This document shows positions 26,483 to 35,441 of a stretch of 64,000 bases of DNA, piece by piece; positions within the stretch are counted from its first letter, which is position 1; each line of letters starts with the position of its first letter. A program made the translations under genes and the position numbers. Origin of the DNA: Caulobacteraceae bacterium (GTDB lineage Bacteria; Pseudomonadota; Alphaproteobacteria; Caulobacterales; Caulobacteraceae). The notes under the pieces are model-generated. The model did not search any database and was not told where the DNA came from. It was given only the letters and a program-made list of their open reading frames with translations. The DNA lies in contig DATNIH010000040.1 in NCBI GenBank assembly GCA_035604515.1, positions 866 to 64,865 of the forward strand. The letters run 5' to 3'.

Positions 26483-27283
26483 GTGAGCACGCGGCTCGCC
26501 CTGGTCACGGGCGCTTCGTCCGGCATCGGCGCGGCGCTGGCCCGGGTCTACGCCAGCCACGGTTACGATCTGGCGCTGACCGCCCGCCGGGTCGACCGTC
26601 TGCACGCGCTCGCCGACGAGGCGCGGCTGCGCTACGGCGTCGAAAGCTTGGTGATCCCCGCCGATCTGTCCCTGGTCGAAGCGCCGGCGGAAATCCTGGC
26701 GGCGGTCGCGGCCAACGGCCGCGAGGTCGACGCCCTGGTCAACAACGCCGGCTACGCCGTGCCCGGCGCCTATGCGGCGACCCGGTGGGAGGACCAGCGC
26801 GCGCTGCTGCAGGTGCTGGTCACCGCGCCGTGCGAGCTCGCCCACAAGACGCTGCCGGGCATGCTGGAGCGCGGGTTCGGCCGCATCGTCAACGTCGCCT
26901 CGCTTGCCGGACTCATGCCCGGCTCGCGCGGCCACACGCTCTACGGCCCGGCCAAGGCGATGGTCATGCGCTTCTCCCAAGCGCTCCACGTCGAGACGCA
27001 GGGGACCGGCGTCCACGTCAGCGCGCTCTGTCCCGGCTTCACCTATTCCGAATTCCACGACGTCGCCGGCACGCGCTCGCAGGTCAGCGATTCGACCCCG
27101 ACCTGGCTGTGGCTCGGCGCCGACGAGGTCGCCCAGGCCGGCTACGAAGCCACCGAAGCCAACCGCCCGATCTGCGTCACCGGCGCGCCCAACAAGGCCA
27201 TCGCCGCCCTGGCCAAGCTGATCCCCGACGAATGGGGCATGGCCCTGATGTCCAGCCAGACCGGACGGTTCCGGCAGGCTTGA
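26483..27283 (+). CDS. Short-chain dehydrogenase/reductase
   Basis: TGASSGIG, NNAG, YxxxK (YGPAK). Confidence 0.9.
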   Translation: MSTRLALVTGASSGIGAALARVYASHGYDLALTARRVDRLHALADEARLRYGVESLVIPADLSLVEAPAEILAAVAANGREVDALVNNAGYAVPGAYAATRWEDQRALLQVLVTAPCELAHKTLPGMLERGFGRIVNVASLAGLMPGSRGHTLYGPAKAMVMRFSQALHVETQGTGVHVSALCPGFTYSEFHDVAGTRSQVSDSTPTWLWLGADEVAQAGYEATEANRPICVTGAPNKAIAALAKLIPDEWGMALMSSQTGRFRQA

Positions 27284-27289
27284 GCCGAC

Positions 27290-27982
27290 TTACTTCGGAT
27301 ACGGCGTCGCCGCCGACGGCAGCAGCAACCCGACGGTGGAGTCGGCGACGCCGATGATCATGAACTGCACCGCCAGCGCGCAGAGGATCAGGCCCAGCAC
27401 GCGGATCACGATGATCATGCCGATGCGGCCGACGATCCGCGTGATCAGGCCGGCGAACCAGAAACTGGCCAGGATCGAGGCGCCGATCGCGAAGATCACG
27501 CCGATACCGGCCGCCTCGCCGGCGAAGCCGAGTTTTCCCGCCTCGCCGGCATAGATCACCACGGTGGAGATCGCCCCGGGGCCGATCAGCAGCGGCATGG
27601 CGAACGGCACCACCAGCCGCTCGAACCGGGCTAGCGCATAGTCGCGGGCCGACAGGCCGGCCGCGCCTTCGCCGGTGGCGTTGGCGAGGCTGGTCGCGAG
27701 GTCGCCGCGCGCCATGTCGAGCCCGAGCAGGAACAGCAGCACGCCGCCCGCGATGCGGAACGCCGCCAGCGAGATGCCGAAAAAGCGCAGCAGCGTCAGA
27801 CCGGTGACGAAAAAGACCGCCATGAACACGAACGAGAACAGCGAGATGTAGGCCGCGGTCAGCCGCCGTCCGGCCGACGGCGCCCCCGCCGTCGCCGCGG
27901 CGAACAGCGGTGCGCAGCCGATCGGGTCGATCAGGGCGAACAGGGCGACGAAGAAGTTGACCGCGAAGTGCGCTGCGCTCAT
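27290..27982 (-). CDS. MarC-family integral membrane protein
   Basis: LFALIDPIG, FRIAGG.LL, VPFAMPLLIGPGAISTV, RVLGLIL.ALAVQF. Confidence 0.9.
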   Translation of the reverse strand: MSAAHFAVNFFVALFALIDPIGCAPLFAAATAGAPSAGRRLTAAYISLFSFVFMAVFFVTGLTLLRFFGISLAAFRIAGGVLLFLLGLDMARGDLATSLANATGEGAAGLSARDYALARFERLVVPFAMPLLIGPGAISTVVIYAGEAGKLGFAGEAAGIGVIFAIGASILASFWFAGLITRIVGRIGMIIVIRVLGLILCALAVQFMIIGVADSTVGLLLPSAATPYPK

Positions 27983-28028
27983 CTTCGAGCCTTAGCCCAA
28001 TTCGAGTCCCGAACCCAAAGGAGCCGCC

Positions 28029-28754
28029 ATGGCCCTGGCCGCCGCCGCGCGAGCCGAAACCGGCGCCGCCGATCCGCGCCTGATCGTCCCGCTCGACCTG
28101 CCGACCAGGGCGCAGGCCGAGGCGATGATCGAGCGGCTGGGCGATGCGGTCAGCTTCTACAAGATCGGCCTGGAGCTGCTCGCCACCGAGGGCGCCGCGC
28201 TGGGCCGCGACCTGCGCCGCCGCGGCCGCCAGGTGTTCGCCGACTGGAAGCTGCACGACATCGGCGCGACGGTGGAGCGGGCGGTGGCCGCGATCGCCGC
28301 CTCCGAGGCCTGCGACGTGGTCAATGTCCACGCCGAGCCGCAGGTGCTGGCGGCGGCGATGCGGGGCAGGGGTTCCTCGCCGATGAAGCTGCTCGGCGTC
28401 ACCGTGCTCACCAGCCTCAGCGGCCAGGACCTGGGCGAGATCGGCTACGCCTTCACCCCGGCTCAGCTGGTCGAGCGGCGCATCCGTCAGTGCCTCGACG
28501 CCGGGCTCGACGGTGTGGTCGCCAGCCCGCTGGAGGCCAGGCTCGCGCGCCAGATCGGCGGACCGGATTTCCTGGTGATGACGCCCGGCGTGCGTCCGAC
28601 CTGGGCCAGCCTCGACGACCAGCGGCGCGCAGAGACGCCCGCCTTCGCCCTGGCCGAGGGCGCCAGCCACATCATCTGCGGCCGCCCGATCACCGCCGCC
28701 GCCGACCCAAGGGCCGCCGCGCTGGCGGTGGTCGAGGAGATCGCGGGGGTCTGA
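28029..28754 (+). CDS. pyrF: Orotidine-5'-phosphate decarboxylase
   Basis: DxKxxDIxxT (DWKLHDIGATV), GVTVLTS, TPGVRP, GRPIT. Confidence 0.95.
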   Translation: MALAAAARAETGAADPRLIVPLDLPTRAQAEAMIERLGDAVSFYKIGLELLATEGAALGRDLRRRGRQVFADWKLHDIGATVERAVAAIAASEACDVVNVHAEPQVLAAAMRGRGSSPMKLLGVTVLTSLSGQDLGEIGYAFTPAQLVERRIRQCLDAGLDGVVASPLEARLARQIGGPDFLVMTPGVRPTWASLDDQRRAETPAFALAEGASHIICGRPITAAADPRAAALAVVEEIAGV

Positions 28755-28762
28755 GCTGGGTG

Positions 28763-28839
28763 GGTTCCGGGGACAGGATACCTATCCCCAGCTGACTTCG
28801 GGAACGAGGCGATGGGATAGGTATCCTGTCCCCGGAACC
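28763..28839. repeat. Perfect 27-bp inverted repeat with a 23-nt spacer
   Basis: GGTTCCGGGGACAGGATACCTATCCCA (28763-28789) and its exact reverse complement (28813-28839). Confidence 0.92.
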
Positions 28840-29513
28840 TACCAGCGCCGCCCGCCGCCGGAGCGATGCGTCATCATCGGGTGGCTGTAGACCGGCATGT
28901 GCGGCATCTGGTGCTGCATCATCATGTGCGGCTGTTGCTGCGGATACTGATGGTCGTGATGCATCATCATCATGTGCTGATGATCCATGTCGTGATGCAT
29001 CATGTCGTGATCGTGGTCGTGGAACCGGTCGTGATCGCGGAACCGGTCGCGGATATCGACGTCGACGCCGACATTGGCGAACGCGTCGGCCCCCGCGAAC
29101 GCGCCGGCGCCGGCAAAGCCACTGCCGCCGCCACCGCCGCCGCCGGCATCATCGTAGTAGGCGTAAGGTCCGACGCCGTATCCGCTGTCTGAGTATTCGG
29201 CCGGGGCGTAGGCCTCGTCCTGGTCGTCGCCCTGGTCCTGCCAGCCGCTGTCGTAGACGCGCTCGTCGCTGTAGTAGCGCGCATCCCCATCGCGGTCGCC
29301 CCAGCGCTGCTCCTGGCGAAGGCCGCGGCCGTGCTCCTCGCGGTCCGAGGGGCAATAGCAGGGGCAGTCGCGGTCCGAGTAGGCGGGCGGCGGGTCGGCG
29401 CCCTGGCCGGATTGGACGATGCCGCCGTCCCAGTAGCCGCCGGCGATGGCGGGCGCGGCGCCTGCCGCCAGGATCAGCGCGCCGATCGCGGCTGCGGCCG
29501 TCAACTTCATCAT
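28839..29513 (-). CDS. Exported low-complexity protein with a His/Met-rich C-terminus
   Basis: Signal peptide MMKLTAAAAIGALILAAGAAPAIA; GGAGG RBS; Asp/Tyr/Gly-rich middle; His/Met/Gln-rich tail. Confidence 0.75.
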   Translation of the reverse strand: MMKLTAAAAIGALILAAGAAPAIAGGYWDGGIVQSGQGADPPPAYSDRDCPCYCPSDREEHGRGLRQEQRWGDRDGDARYYSDERVYDSGWQDQGDDQDEAYAPAEYSDSGYGVGPYAYYDDAGGGGGGGSGFAGAGAFAGADAFANVGVDVDIRDRFRDHDRFHDHDHDMMHHDMDHQHMMMMHHDHQYPQQQPHMMMQHQMPHMPVYSHPMMTHRSGGGRRW

Positions 29514-29625
29514 CGCCTCCGGGAAACGTTAAGAAACGTGGTTAATCCGCGTTAACCCTTACCCGCGCCGCGAGCGGCAGGCGAGGGCGCGCGCCTCAGA
29601 GGCGAGTGGCGCTGGAGGGGGCGCC

Positions 29626-29844
29626 TTAGAAGTCGGAGGCGATGCCACCCTTCTCCCAGTCGCCGTAGCGAGTGGGCTCGGGACCCTTGGGGCCGCCCTC
29701 TTCCGGCGGCAGCTCCAGCGGCTTGGCCCTGGCGCGGCGCGCGGCCGCTTCCTCCAGCGCGCGGCGTGCGGCAGGGGTCAGCGTCTTGCCGGGCGCGGCG
29801 CCCGGAGGATCGGATGGCGGGTCGGGATCGGCCATGACTGCCAT
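29626..29844 (-). CDS. DUF1674 (SDHAF4-like) protein
   Basis: E.GGPKGPEPTRYGDWEKGG..SDF signature; alternative start 29835. Confidence 0.9.
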   Translation of the reverse strand: MAVMADPDPPSDPPGAAPGKTLTPAARRALEEAAARRARAKPLELPPEEGGPKGPEPTRYGDWEKGGIASDF

Positions 29845-29858
29845 CTAAGCAAGGTTGG

Positions 29859-29975
29859 CCACGAAAAACACGAAAAGCACGAGAGACGATCTAACCAACC
29901 GAACCCGCGACGCTGACACGCTATTGATTTTGCTCGACTTTATCCGCTTCGTCCGTCGTTTCGTGTTTTTCGTGG
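29859..29975. repeat. Intergenic inverted repeat, CCACGAAA type
   Basis: Perfect 17-bp arms CCACGAAAAACACGAAA (29859-29875) and TTTCGTGTTTTTCGTGG (29959-29975). Confidence 0.85.
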
Positions 29976-30081
29976 TCGAATCAAGCGCCCCTAGCGGGAC
30001 CAGCGGCGACAGACCGATAAGCGAGAGACGCCTCGAACTGCGAGCTTGCGAAGGCCGGCGCGGAAGGGCAGGCGGTGCGCC

Positions 30082-31353
30082 GTGTCTGCCGATCCCGCCC
30101 GCAAAGCCGCCCTCGAGGTCCTCACCGCCGCCCTGACCCGCAAGGCGGGGCTGGAGAGCGCGCTCGAGGGCCGGCCGCTCAACGGCTTGGAGCCGCAGGA
30201 CCGCGGCTTCGCCCGCGCCCTGGTGATGGCGACGCTGCGCAATCTCGGGCCGATCGACCGGATGCTGGATCCGTGCCTGCAACGCGAGCCGCCCGAGCCG
30301 GTGCGGATGATCCTGCGCCTGGGCGCCGCCCAGCTGTTCCACCTGGACACCCCGGCCTACGCGGCGGTCGACTCCAGCGTCGCGCTGGCGCAGGACGCGC
30401 CGGCGACGCGGGGCTTCAAGGCGCTGGTCAACGCTGTCCTGCGCCGGCTCGGCCGCGAAGGCCCGAAGACCGCAACGCCGGCCGACTTTGCGCCGCCGTG
30501 GCTGTTCGCCCGCTGGCGCGCCGCCTTCGGCGAGGCGAACGCCGCCGCCATCGCCGCGCAGATCGCCTTCGAGCCGGCCACCGATCTGACGCCGCGCGAT
30601 CCCGCCGACGCGCCGGCCCTCGCCGAGGCGCTGGAGGCGACGCTGCTCCCCGGCGGATCGCTGCGCCGGGTCGGTCACGGCCGGATCGAGGAATGGCCGG
30701 GGTTCGAGGAAGGCCGCTGGTGGGTGCAGGACTTCGCCGCCGCGATCCCCGCCCGGCTCATCGCCGCGCAACCCGGCGAGAGCGTGCTCGACCTCTGCGC
30801 CGCGCCTGGCGGCAAGGCGCTGCAGCTCTGCGCCGCCGGCGCGAAGGTCACCGCGGTCGATCGCTCGGGCCAGCGGCTCGGCCGCCTCGCCGACGGCCTC
30901 GCCCGCACCGGCCTTGCCGCCGAGGTGGTCGCGGCCGACGCCGAGACCTGGGACGATCCGCGCCAGTTCGACGCCGTGCTGCTCGACGCCCCCTGCACCG
31001 CCACCGGCACCTTCCGCCGCAATCCGGACGTGCTCTGGACCCTGCGCCCGCCCGACGTCGCCAAGGTCGCCGATGTGCAGTCCCGCCTGCTCGACGCCGC
31101 CGCCCGCCGCGTGAAGCCGGGCGGGCGCCTCGTCTACTGCGTCTGCTCGCTGGAGCCGGAGGAGGGCGAGGCCCAGGCGCGTGCGTTCCTGAAGCGCCAT
31201 GCGGACTTTGCGACGCTGCCCGCCAAGCCCGGCGAAGGCGGCGCACCGGCGGCAAGCGTCACAAAGGAAGGCTGGCTGCGCCTGCTGCCGCACCAGCTGG
31301 AGGGCGGCATGGACGGGTTCTCCGTGGCGCGGTTCATTCGCAGGGGCGCCTGA
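30082..31353 (+). CDS. rsmB: RsmB/NOP-family RNA m5C methyltransferase
   Basis: NusB-like N-terminus, VLDLCAAPGGK, LLDAPCTATG..RRNPD, LVYCVCSL, DGF; GTG start at 30082. Confidence 0.9.
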   Translation: MSADPARKAALEVLTAALTRKAGLESALEGRPLNGLEPQDRGFARALVMATLRNLGPIDRMLDPCLQREPPEPVRMILRLGAAQLFHLDTPAYAAVDSSVALAQDAPATRGFKALVNAVLRRLGREGPKTATPADFAPPWLFARWRAAFGEANAAAIAAQIAFEPATDLTPRDPADAPALAEALEATLLPGGSLRRVGHGRIEEWPGFEEGRWWVQDFAAAIPARLIAAQPGESVLDLCAAPGGKALQLCAAGAKVTAVDRSGQRLGRLADGLARTGLAAEVVAADAETWDDPRQFDAVLLDAPCTATGTFRRNPDVLWTLRPPDVAKVADVQSRLLDAAARRVKPGGRLVYCVCSLEPEEGEAQARAFLKRHADFATLPAKPGEGGAPAASVTKEGWLRLLPHQLEGGMDGFSVARFIRRGA

Positions 31354-31399
31354 CGCCGCCATCCTTGCCGCGACTCCGCCCGGAGGTTAAGCCCAGCGC

Positions 31400-32065
31400 A
31401 TGGCCCGTCCCGTCCCGATCATCGCGCCCTCGATCCTGGCGGCGGACTTTGCGCGGCTGGGCGAGGAGGCCAGGGCGGTCGAGGCGGCGGGCGCCGACTG
31501 GCTGCATGTCGACGTGATGGACGGCCACTTCGTGCCCAACATCACCATCGGCCCCGATGTGGTGAAGGCGCTGCGGCCCCACGTCTCGATCCCGATGGAC
31601 GTCCATCTGATGATCTCGCCGGTCGATCCCTACCTGGAGGCGTTCCGCGACGCCGGCGCCGACCTGATCACCATCCATCCCGAGGCCGGGCCGCACCTCA
31701 ACCGCAGCCTCAAGCATATCCGTCACATCGGCGCGAAAGCGGGGGTGGCGTTCGACCCGTCGACGCCGCCCGAGGTGATCGAGTGGATGCTGGACGACGT
31801 CGACCTGGTGCTGGTGATGTCGGTCAATCCCGGCTTCGGCGGCCAGAGCTTCATGCCCTCGCAAATGGCCAAGATCGCCCGGCTGCGGCAGATGATCGAC
31901 GCCTCCGGCCGCGACATCGTCTTGGAAGTCGACGGTGGGGTGACGCCGCAGACCGCGGTCAGCTGCCTCGAGGCCGGCGCCACCGCGCTGGTGGCGGGCA
32001 CCGCCGTGTTCCGCGGCGGGCCCGGCGCCTATGCCGCGAATATCCGGGCGTTGAAGGACGCCTGA
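31400..32065 (+). CDS. rpe: Ribulose-phosphate 3-epimerase
   Basis: APSILAADF, HVDVMDGHFVPNIT, DVHLMI, MSVNPGFGGQ, VDGG. Confidence 0.97.
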   Translation: MARPVPIIAPSILAADFARLGEEARAVEAAGADWLHVDVMDGHFVPNITIGPDVVKALRPHVSIPMDVHLMISPVDPYLEAFRDAGADLITIHPEAGPHLNRSLKHIRHIGAKAGVAFDPSTPPEVIEWMLDDVDLVLVMSVNPGFGGQSFMPSQMAKIARLRQMIDASGRDIVLEVDGGVTPQTAVSCLEAGATALVAGTAVFRGGPGAYAANIRALKDA

Positions 32066-32077
32066 CCCACGTCGGCC

Positions 32078-33721
32078 ATGGCCAGGGCGCCGCACTCCCT
32101 TCGCGACCTGACCCGTTGGCCCGTGCTGGCCGCGGCCGCGCTCGGGCGGCAGATGCAGCGCGAGTGGCGCGCGGGGCCCGCCCACCAGCTGGTGATCGGC
32201 CGCCCGGCCACGGACGGCCTGGCGATCCGGCCCCGCGACCTGCGGCCGCCCGACGCCAAGGCCGGGGCGCGGCTGCTCGCCGGCGACTTCAGCTTCGTCG
32301 GCGAGGCGCTCGACGTGGGACCGGGCGGCGATCCATGGCGTCGCGCGCTGCCCAGCCGGCGCTTCGCCGTCGCCCTGCACGGCTTCGACTGGATCCGCGA
32401 CCTGATCGCCGCCGGCGACGGCGGCGCCCGCGAGGCGTTGCGGCTTTGGCTGGAGTGGCGCGCTGTATACGGGCGCTACAACGCCTTCGCCTGGTCGGGC
32501 GAGGCGCTGGAGCGCCGCGTGTTCAACCTCGCGGCGTCGGCCGCCGTCTTGGCGCCGCTGGTCTCCGACGCCGAGGGCGCGGCGTTCGTGGCCGATCTGG
32601 CCCGCCAGGCTCGCCACCTGCTGGGCGAGCCGGACGGCCCGGACCGGGCGGCCGAGCGCGCCGCGGTCGCCGCCCTGGTGGGCGCGGCGCTGAGCGGCAG
32701 GGCGGGAGAGGGCCTGCGCGCCAAGGCTCTGCCGCGGCTGGAGCGGCTGCTGCCGCTGGCGGTGCTGCGCGACGGCGTGCACGCCAGCCGCTCGCCCGAG
32801 CGCGGCCTGGAGCTGCTGTTCGACCTGCTGGCGCTCGACGACGCCCTTTCCCAGCTCGGCGCGCCGGCGCCGGTCGAGGTGTCGCGCGCCGTCGACCGGC
32901 TGAGCGCGGCCACCCGCTTCTTCGTCCTCGGCGACGGCCGCCTGCCGGCGTTTCAGGGCGGTGAGCCGGGATCACCGGTGCGCATCGCCGCGGCGCTGGC
33001 GCTCGATGCGGCCGAGCATCCGCCGCCGAAGTCGGTCCCCTACGGCGGCTACCACCGACTGGAGGGGCACGGGATGCAGATCATCGCCGACGCCGGCGAG
33101 ATCGGCAGTCAGCTGGGGGGCGCCGTCGCCTGCCTGCAGCCGGGCGCGCTCTCTGTGGTCTGCGAAGGCCGGCGCCTGATCGCCGGCTCGGCCTGGTCGG
33201 CTAAGGCCGCCGGCGCGCCCGCGTCGCTGCGGCTGCCCGCCGGTGGCTCCTGTTTGGCCCTCGCCGACGCGCTGCCGCTGCCCGCCGCGTGCAAGGCGGA
33301 GCGGCAGGAGAGCCCTGACGCGGTCTGGCTTGAATCGTCGCACGACGGCTGGCGCGCGCTTGGCTTCGACTGCACGCGGCGCCTGTTCCTCGACACCGTG
33401 GCCGGCGAGTTGCGCGGCGAGGACGTGCTGACCCCGATCGGCCGACCGCGCGGAGGCCCGGTCCAGTTCGCGATCAGCTTCCACCTTGCGCCCGATGTCG
33501 CCGCGCAACTCTCGGCCGACGGCAAGAGCGCGCTGCTGCGGCCGGGAGGCCGCGGCCGTGGCTGGCGGCTGCGCGGCGACGCCGCCGGCCTCGACCTCGG
33601 CGCCGGCGTCGCCTTCGAAGCCGGCGAGCCGAGGGCGGCGCAGGTGCTGACGATGGTCGGCCTTGCCAGTCCCACCGACAGCGCCCGCATCCGCTGGAAG
33701 CTGTCGCGCGACGTGGGCTGA
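32078..33721 (+). CDS. Heparinase II/III-family protein
   Basis: LHGFDWIRDL, DG.H.SRSP, GDGRLPAFQGG, ESSHDGW, RRLFL..GELRGED; usual alphaproteobacterial position between rpe and purH. Confidence 0.75.
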   Translation: MARAPHSLRDLTRWPVLAAAALGRQMQREWRAGPAHQLVIGRPATDGLAIRPRDLRPPDAKAGARLLAGDFSFVGEALDVGPGGDPWRRALPSRRFAVALHGFDWIRDLIAAGDGGAREALRLWLEWRAVYGRYNAFAWSGEALERRVFNLAASAAVLAPLVSDAEGAAFVADLARQARHLLGEPDGPDRAAERAAVAALVGAALSGRAGEGLRAKALPRLERLLPLAVLRDGVHASRSPERGLELLFDLLALDDALSQLGAPAPVEVSRAVDRLSAATRFFVLGDGRLPAFQGGEPGSPVRIAAALALDAAEHPPPKSVPYGGYHRLEGHGMQIIADAGEIGSQLGGAVACLQPGALSVVCEGRRLIAGSAWSAKAAGAPASLRLPAGGSCLALADALPLPAACKAERQESPDAVWLESSHDGWRALGFDCTRRLFLDTVAGELRGEDVLTPIGRPRGGPVQFAISFHLAPDVAAQLSADGKSALLRPGGRGRGWRLRGDAAGLDLGAGVAFEAGEPRAAQVLTMVGLASPTDSARIRWKLSRDVG

Positions 33722-33749
33722 CAGCTCCGCTTCCAGTATTGCCCCAATC

Positions 33750-33875
33750 TTCGGTCATAGCCGGGCGTCAGTCTCGGCTATCCAAGCACACTGGCCGGCG
33801 AGTGGCCGCGCCGGGCGCGGCCACGGCTCTGAGCGCGTTCATGGATCGCCGGGACAATGCCCGGCGAAGACCGAA
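33750..33875. repeat. Structured intergenic element, family E, copy 1
   Basis: Termini TTCGGTC/GACCGAA; three internal hairpins; aligns with 57689-57852. Confidence 0.75.
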
Positions 33876-33909
33876 TTTGTGGGTGAGTGATCGGAGCGCT
33901 TGACTCGCG

Positions 33910-33959
33910 CACATACTGTGTGCCACACACTGTATAACACACACTATGTGGCGCACACC
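33910..33959. promoter_or_regulatory. Tandem 14-bp pseudo-palindromic operator array upstream of the PadR gene
   Basis: CACATACTGTGTGC / CACACACTGTATAA / CACACACTATGTGG at 33910, 33924 and 33938, plus a partial fourth unit. Confidence 0.65.
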
Positions 33960-33961
33960 AG

Positions 33962-34291
33962 ATGCCCGTTGAAGACGACGCGTACGAGAAGCTGAGACTG
34001 GAGCTGCGGCGCGGCAGCCTGGTGCTGGCGGTGCTCGCGGCCCTGAAGCAGGAGCGCTACGGCTACACCCTGCGCAAGGAGCTGGCCGACGCGGGCCTGG
34101 CGATCGACGAGGGCGCGCTCTACCCGATGCTGCGGCGTCTCGAAGCCCAGGGGCTGCTGACCAGCGAGTGGCGCGAAGAGGAGAAGCGCAACAAGCGCTT
34201 CTACCGCCTCTCAACCGACGGCGCGGCCCTGCTCGCGGACCTCGCCGCCGAGTGGCGCGACATCAACGCTTCCCTGAACCGACTGCTCTAA
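33962..34291 (+). CDS. PadR-family transcriptional regulator
   Basis: ELRRGSL.L.VL, YGY, G.LYP.LRRLE.QGLL.SEW, RFYRLS. Confidence 0.92.
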   Translation: MPVEDDAYEKLRLELRRGSLVLAVLAALKQERYGYTLRKELADAGLAIDEGALYPMLRRLEAQGLLTSEWREEEKRNKRFYRLSTDGAALLADLAAEWRDINASLNRLL

Positions 34292-34315
34292 CCGACTGCT
34301 CTGAGGGCCAAAGCC

Positions 34316-35287
34316 ATGGACCTGATCGACCGCTACCTCGACGCCGTTCGCCTGTTCCTGCCCCGCGATCAGCGCGACGACATCGCCGCCGAACTTCGCG
34401 ACGTATTGCTTACCCGGCGCGAGGAGCGCGAAGCCGTGCTCGGCCGCCCGCTGACCCGCAAGGAGGACGAGGCGCTGCTACACGACTACGGCCACCCGTT
34501 GATCGTCGCGGCGCGCTACCGCCCGGCCCAATACCTGATCGGACCGGAACTCTACCCGATCTACGCCTTCGTGCTGATAATCGTGCTGGCGGCGATCGGC
34601 GTCGCCGCGGCCATCACGGGCGTGGTGACTGTGAGCGTCGCCGGCGGCGACATCGCAAAAGGAGTGGGCGCGGCGCTGAACGTCGCCTGGACCGGCGGCT
34701 TCGCGGCGGTCGGCGCGGTGACCGTGATCTTCGCCATCCTGCAGCGGACCGGCGCGAGCCAGCGCATCGCGCTCGATTGGAGCATCCGCGACCTGCCGAG
34801 GATCACCCGCCGCCGGCCGCGCCAGCCCTGGTTCGAGCACGCGGCCGGCTTGGTGTTCCAGATCGTGTTCTTGTTCTGGTGGGTTGGGCTGATCCGGCTC
34901 GGCGCGCCGGCTATCCCGCTGCACACCGGCGGCGCGCTGCATTTCGCCTTCGCGCCGGCGCTGCAGGGCCTCTATCTGCCGGTGTTGGCGCTCGCCGCCG
35001 GCGCCATAGCAGTCCATGCGCTGATGCTGGCCGGACGCGACGTGCGATCCGTCGCCCTGGCGCTTGACGCGCTGCTGCAGGCGGCCTTAGCCGGCGTCGC
35101 GGGGCTGGCGCTGAGCGCGGGCCATTGGGTCCTGGTGACCGGCGCCGGCATCGACCCGCTGGCGCTCGCCAAGGTCGACCAGGGCGTCAACATCGGCGCC
35201 GAGGTCACCCTCATCGTGGTGATCGTTGGGGCCCTCATCCGGATGGGCGCCTCCATCTGGAGGCTCACACGGCGCGATCCGGCTTGA
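34316..35287 (+). CDS. Membrane protein with an N-terminal HAAS-like helical domain (PadR partner)
   Basis: MDLIDRYL..V...LP..QRDDI..ELR...L..YG.P followed by about six hydrophobic helices. Confidence 0.75.
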   Translation: MDLIDRYLDAVRLFLPRDQRDDIAAELRDVLLTRREEREAVLGRPLTRKEDEALLHDYGHPLIVAARYRPAQYLIGPELYPIYAFVLIIVLAAIGVAAAITGVVTVSVAGGDIAKGVGAALNVAWTGGFAAVGAVTVIFAILQRTGASQRIALDWSIRDLPRITRRRPRQPWFEHAAGLVFQIVFLFWWVGLIRLGAPAIPLHTGGALHFAFAPALQGLYLPVLALAAGAIAVHALMLAGRDVRSVALALDALLQAALAGVAGLALSAGHWVLVTGAGIDPLALAKVDQGVNIGAEVTLIVVIVGALIRMGASIWRLTRRDPA

Positions 35288-35345
35288 AGGCGAAGGCCAG
35301 GCGCCGCACTGGCGTTCGGGCCGCCCACGCCCTATGCTTGGCGAG

Positions 35346-35418
35346 TCCCACGTGACTGGCGAAGGGTGGATTACCACCGGGGAGCGCGGGGCCAATTTAG
35401 AAGCCGCACGCCTGGGCG
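35346..35418 (+). ncRNA. ZMP/ZTP (pfl) riboswitch
   Basis: CCCACGTGACTGGCGAAGGGTGGATTACCACCGGGGAGCGCGGG-linker-GCCGCACGCCTGGGC carries the conserved GUGACUGGCG, GGUGG/CCACC, GGGAGC and CGCCUGGGC elements; directly upstream of purH. Confidence 0.92.
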
Positions 35419-35441
35419 CCCCCCTCGATCTGGAGCTCGCC

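Noticed and set aside
29529-29555. CtrA box upstream of the His/Met-rich gene
   Set aside because: Three TTAA half-sites are present, but the spacings are 9 and 6 nt rather than the canonical 7. It remains a weak possibility only.
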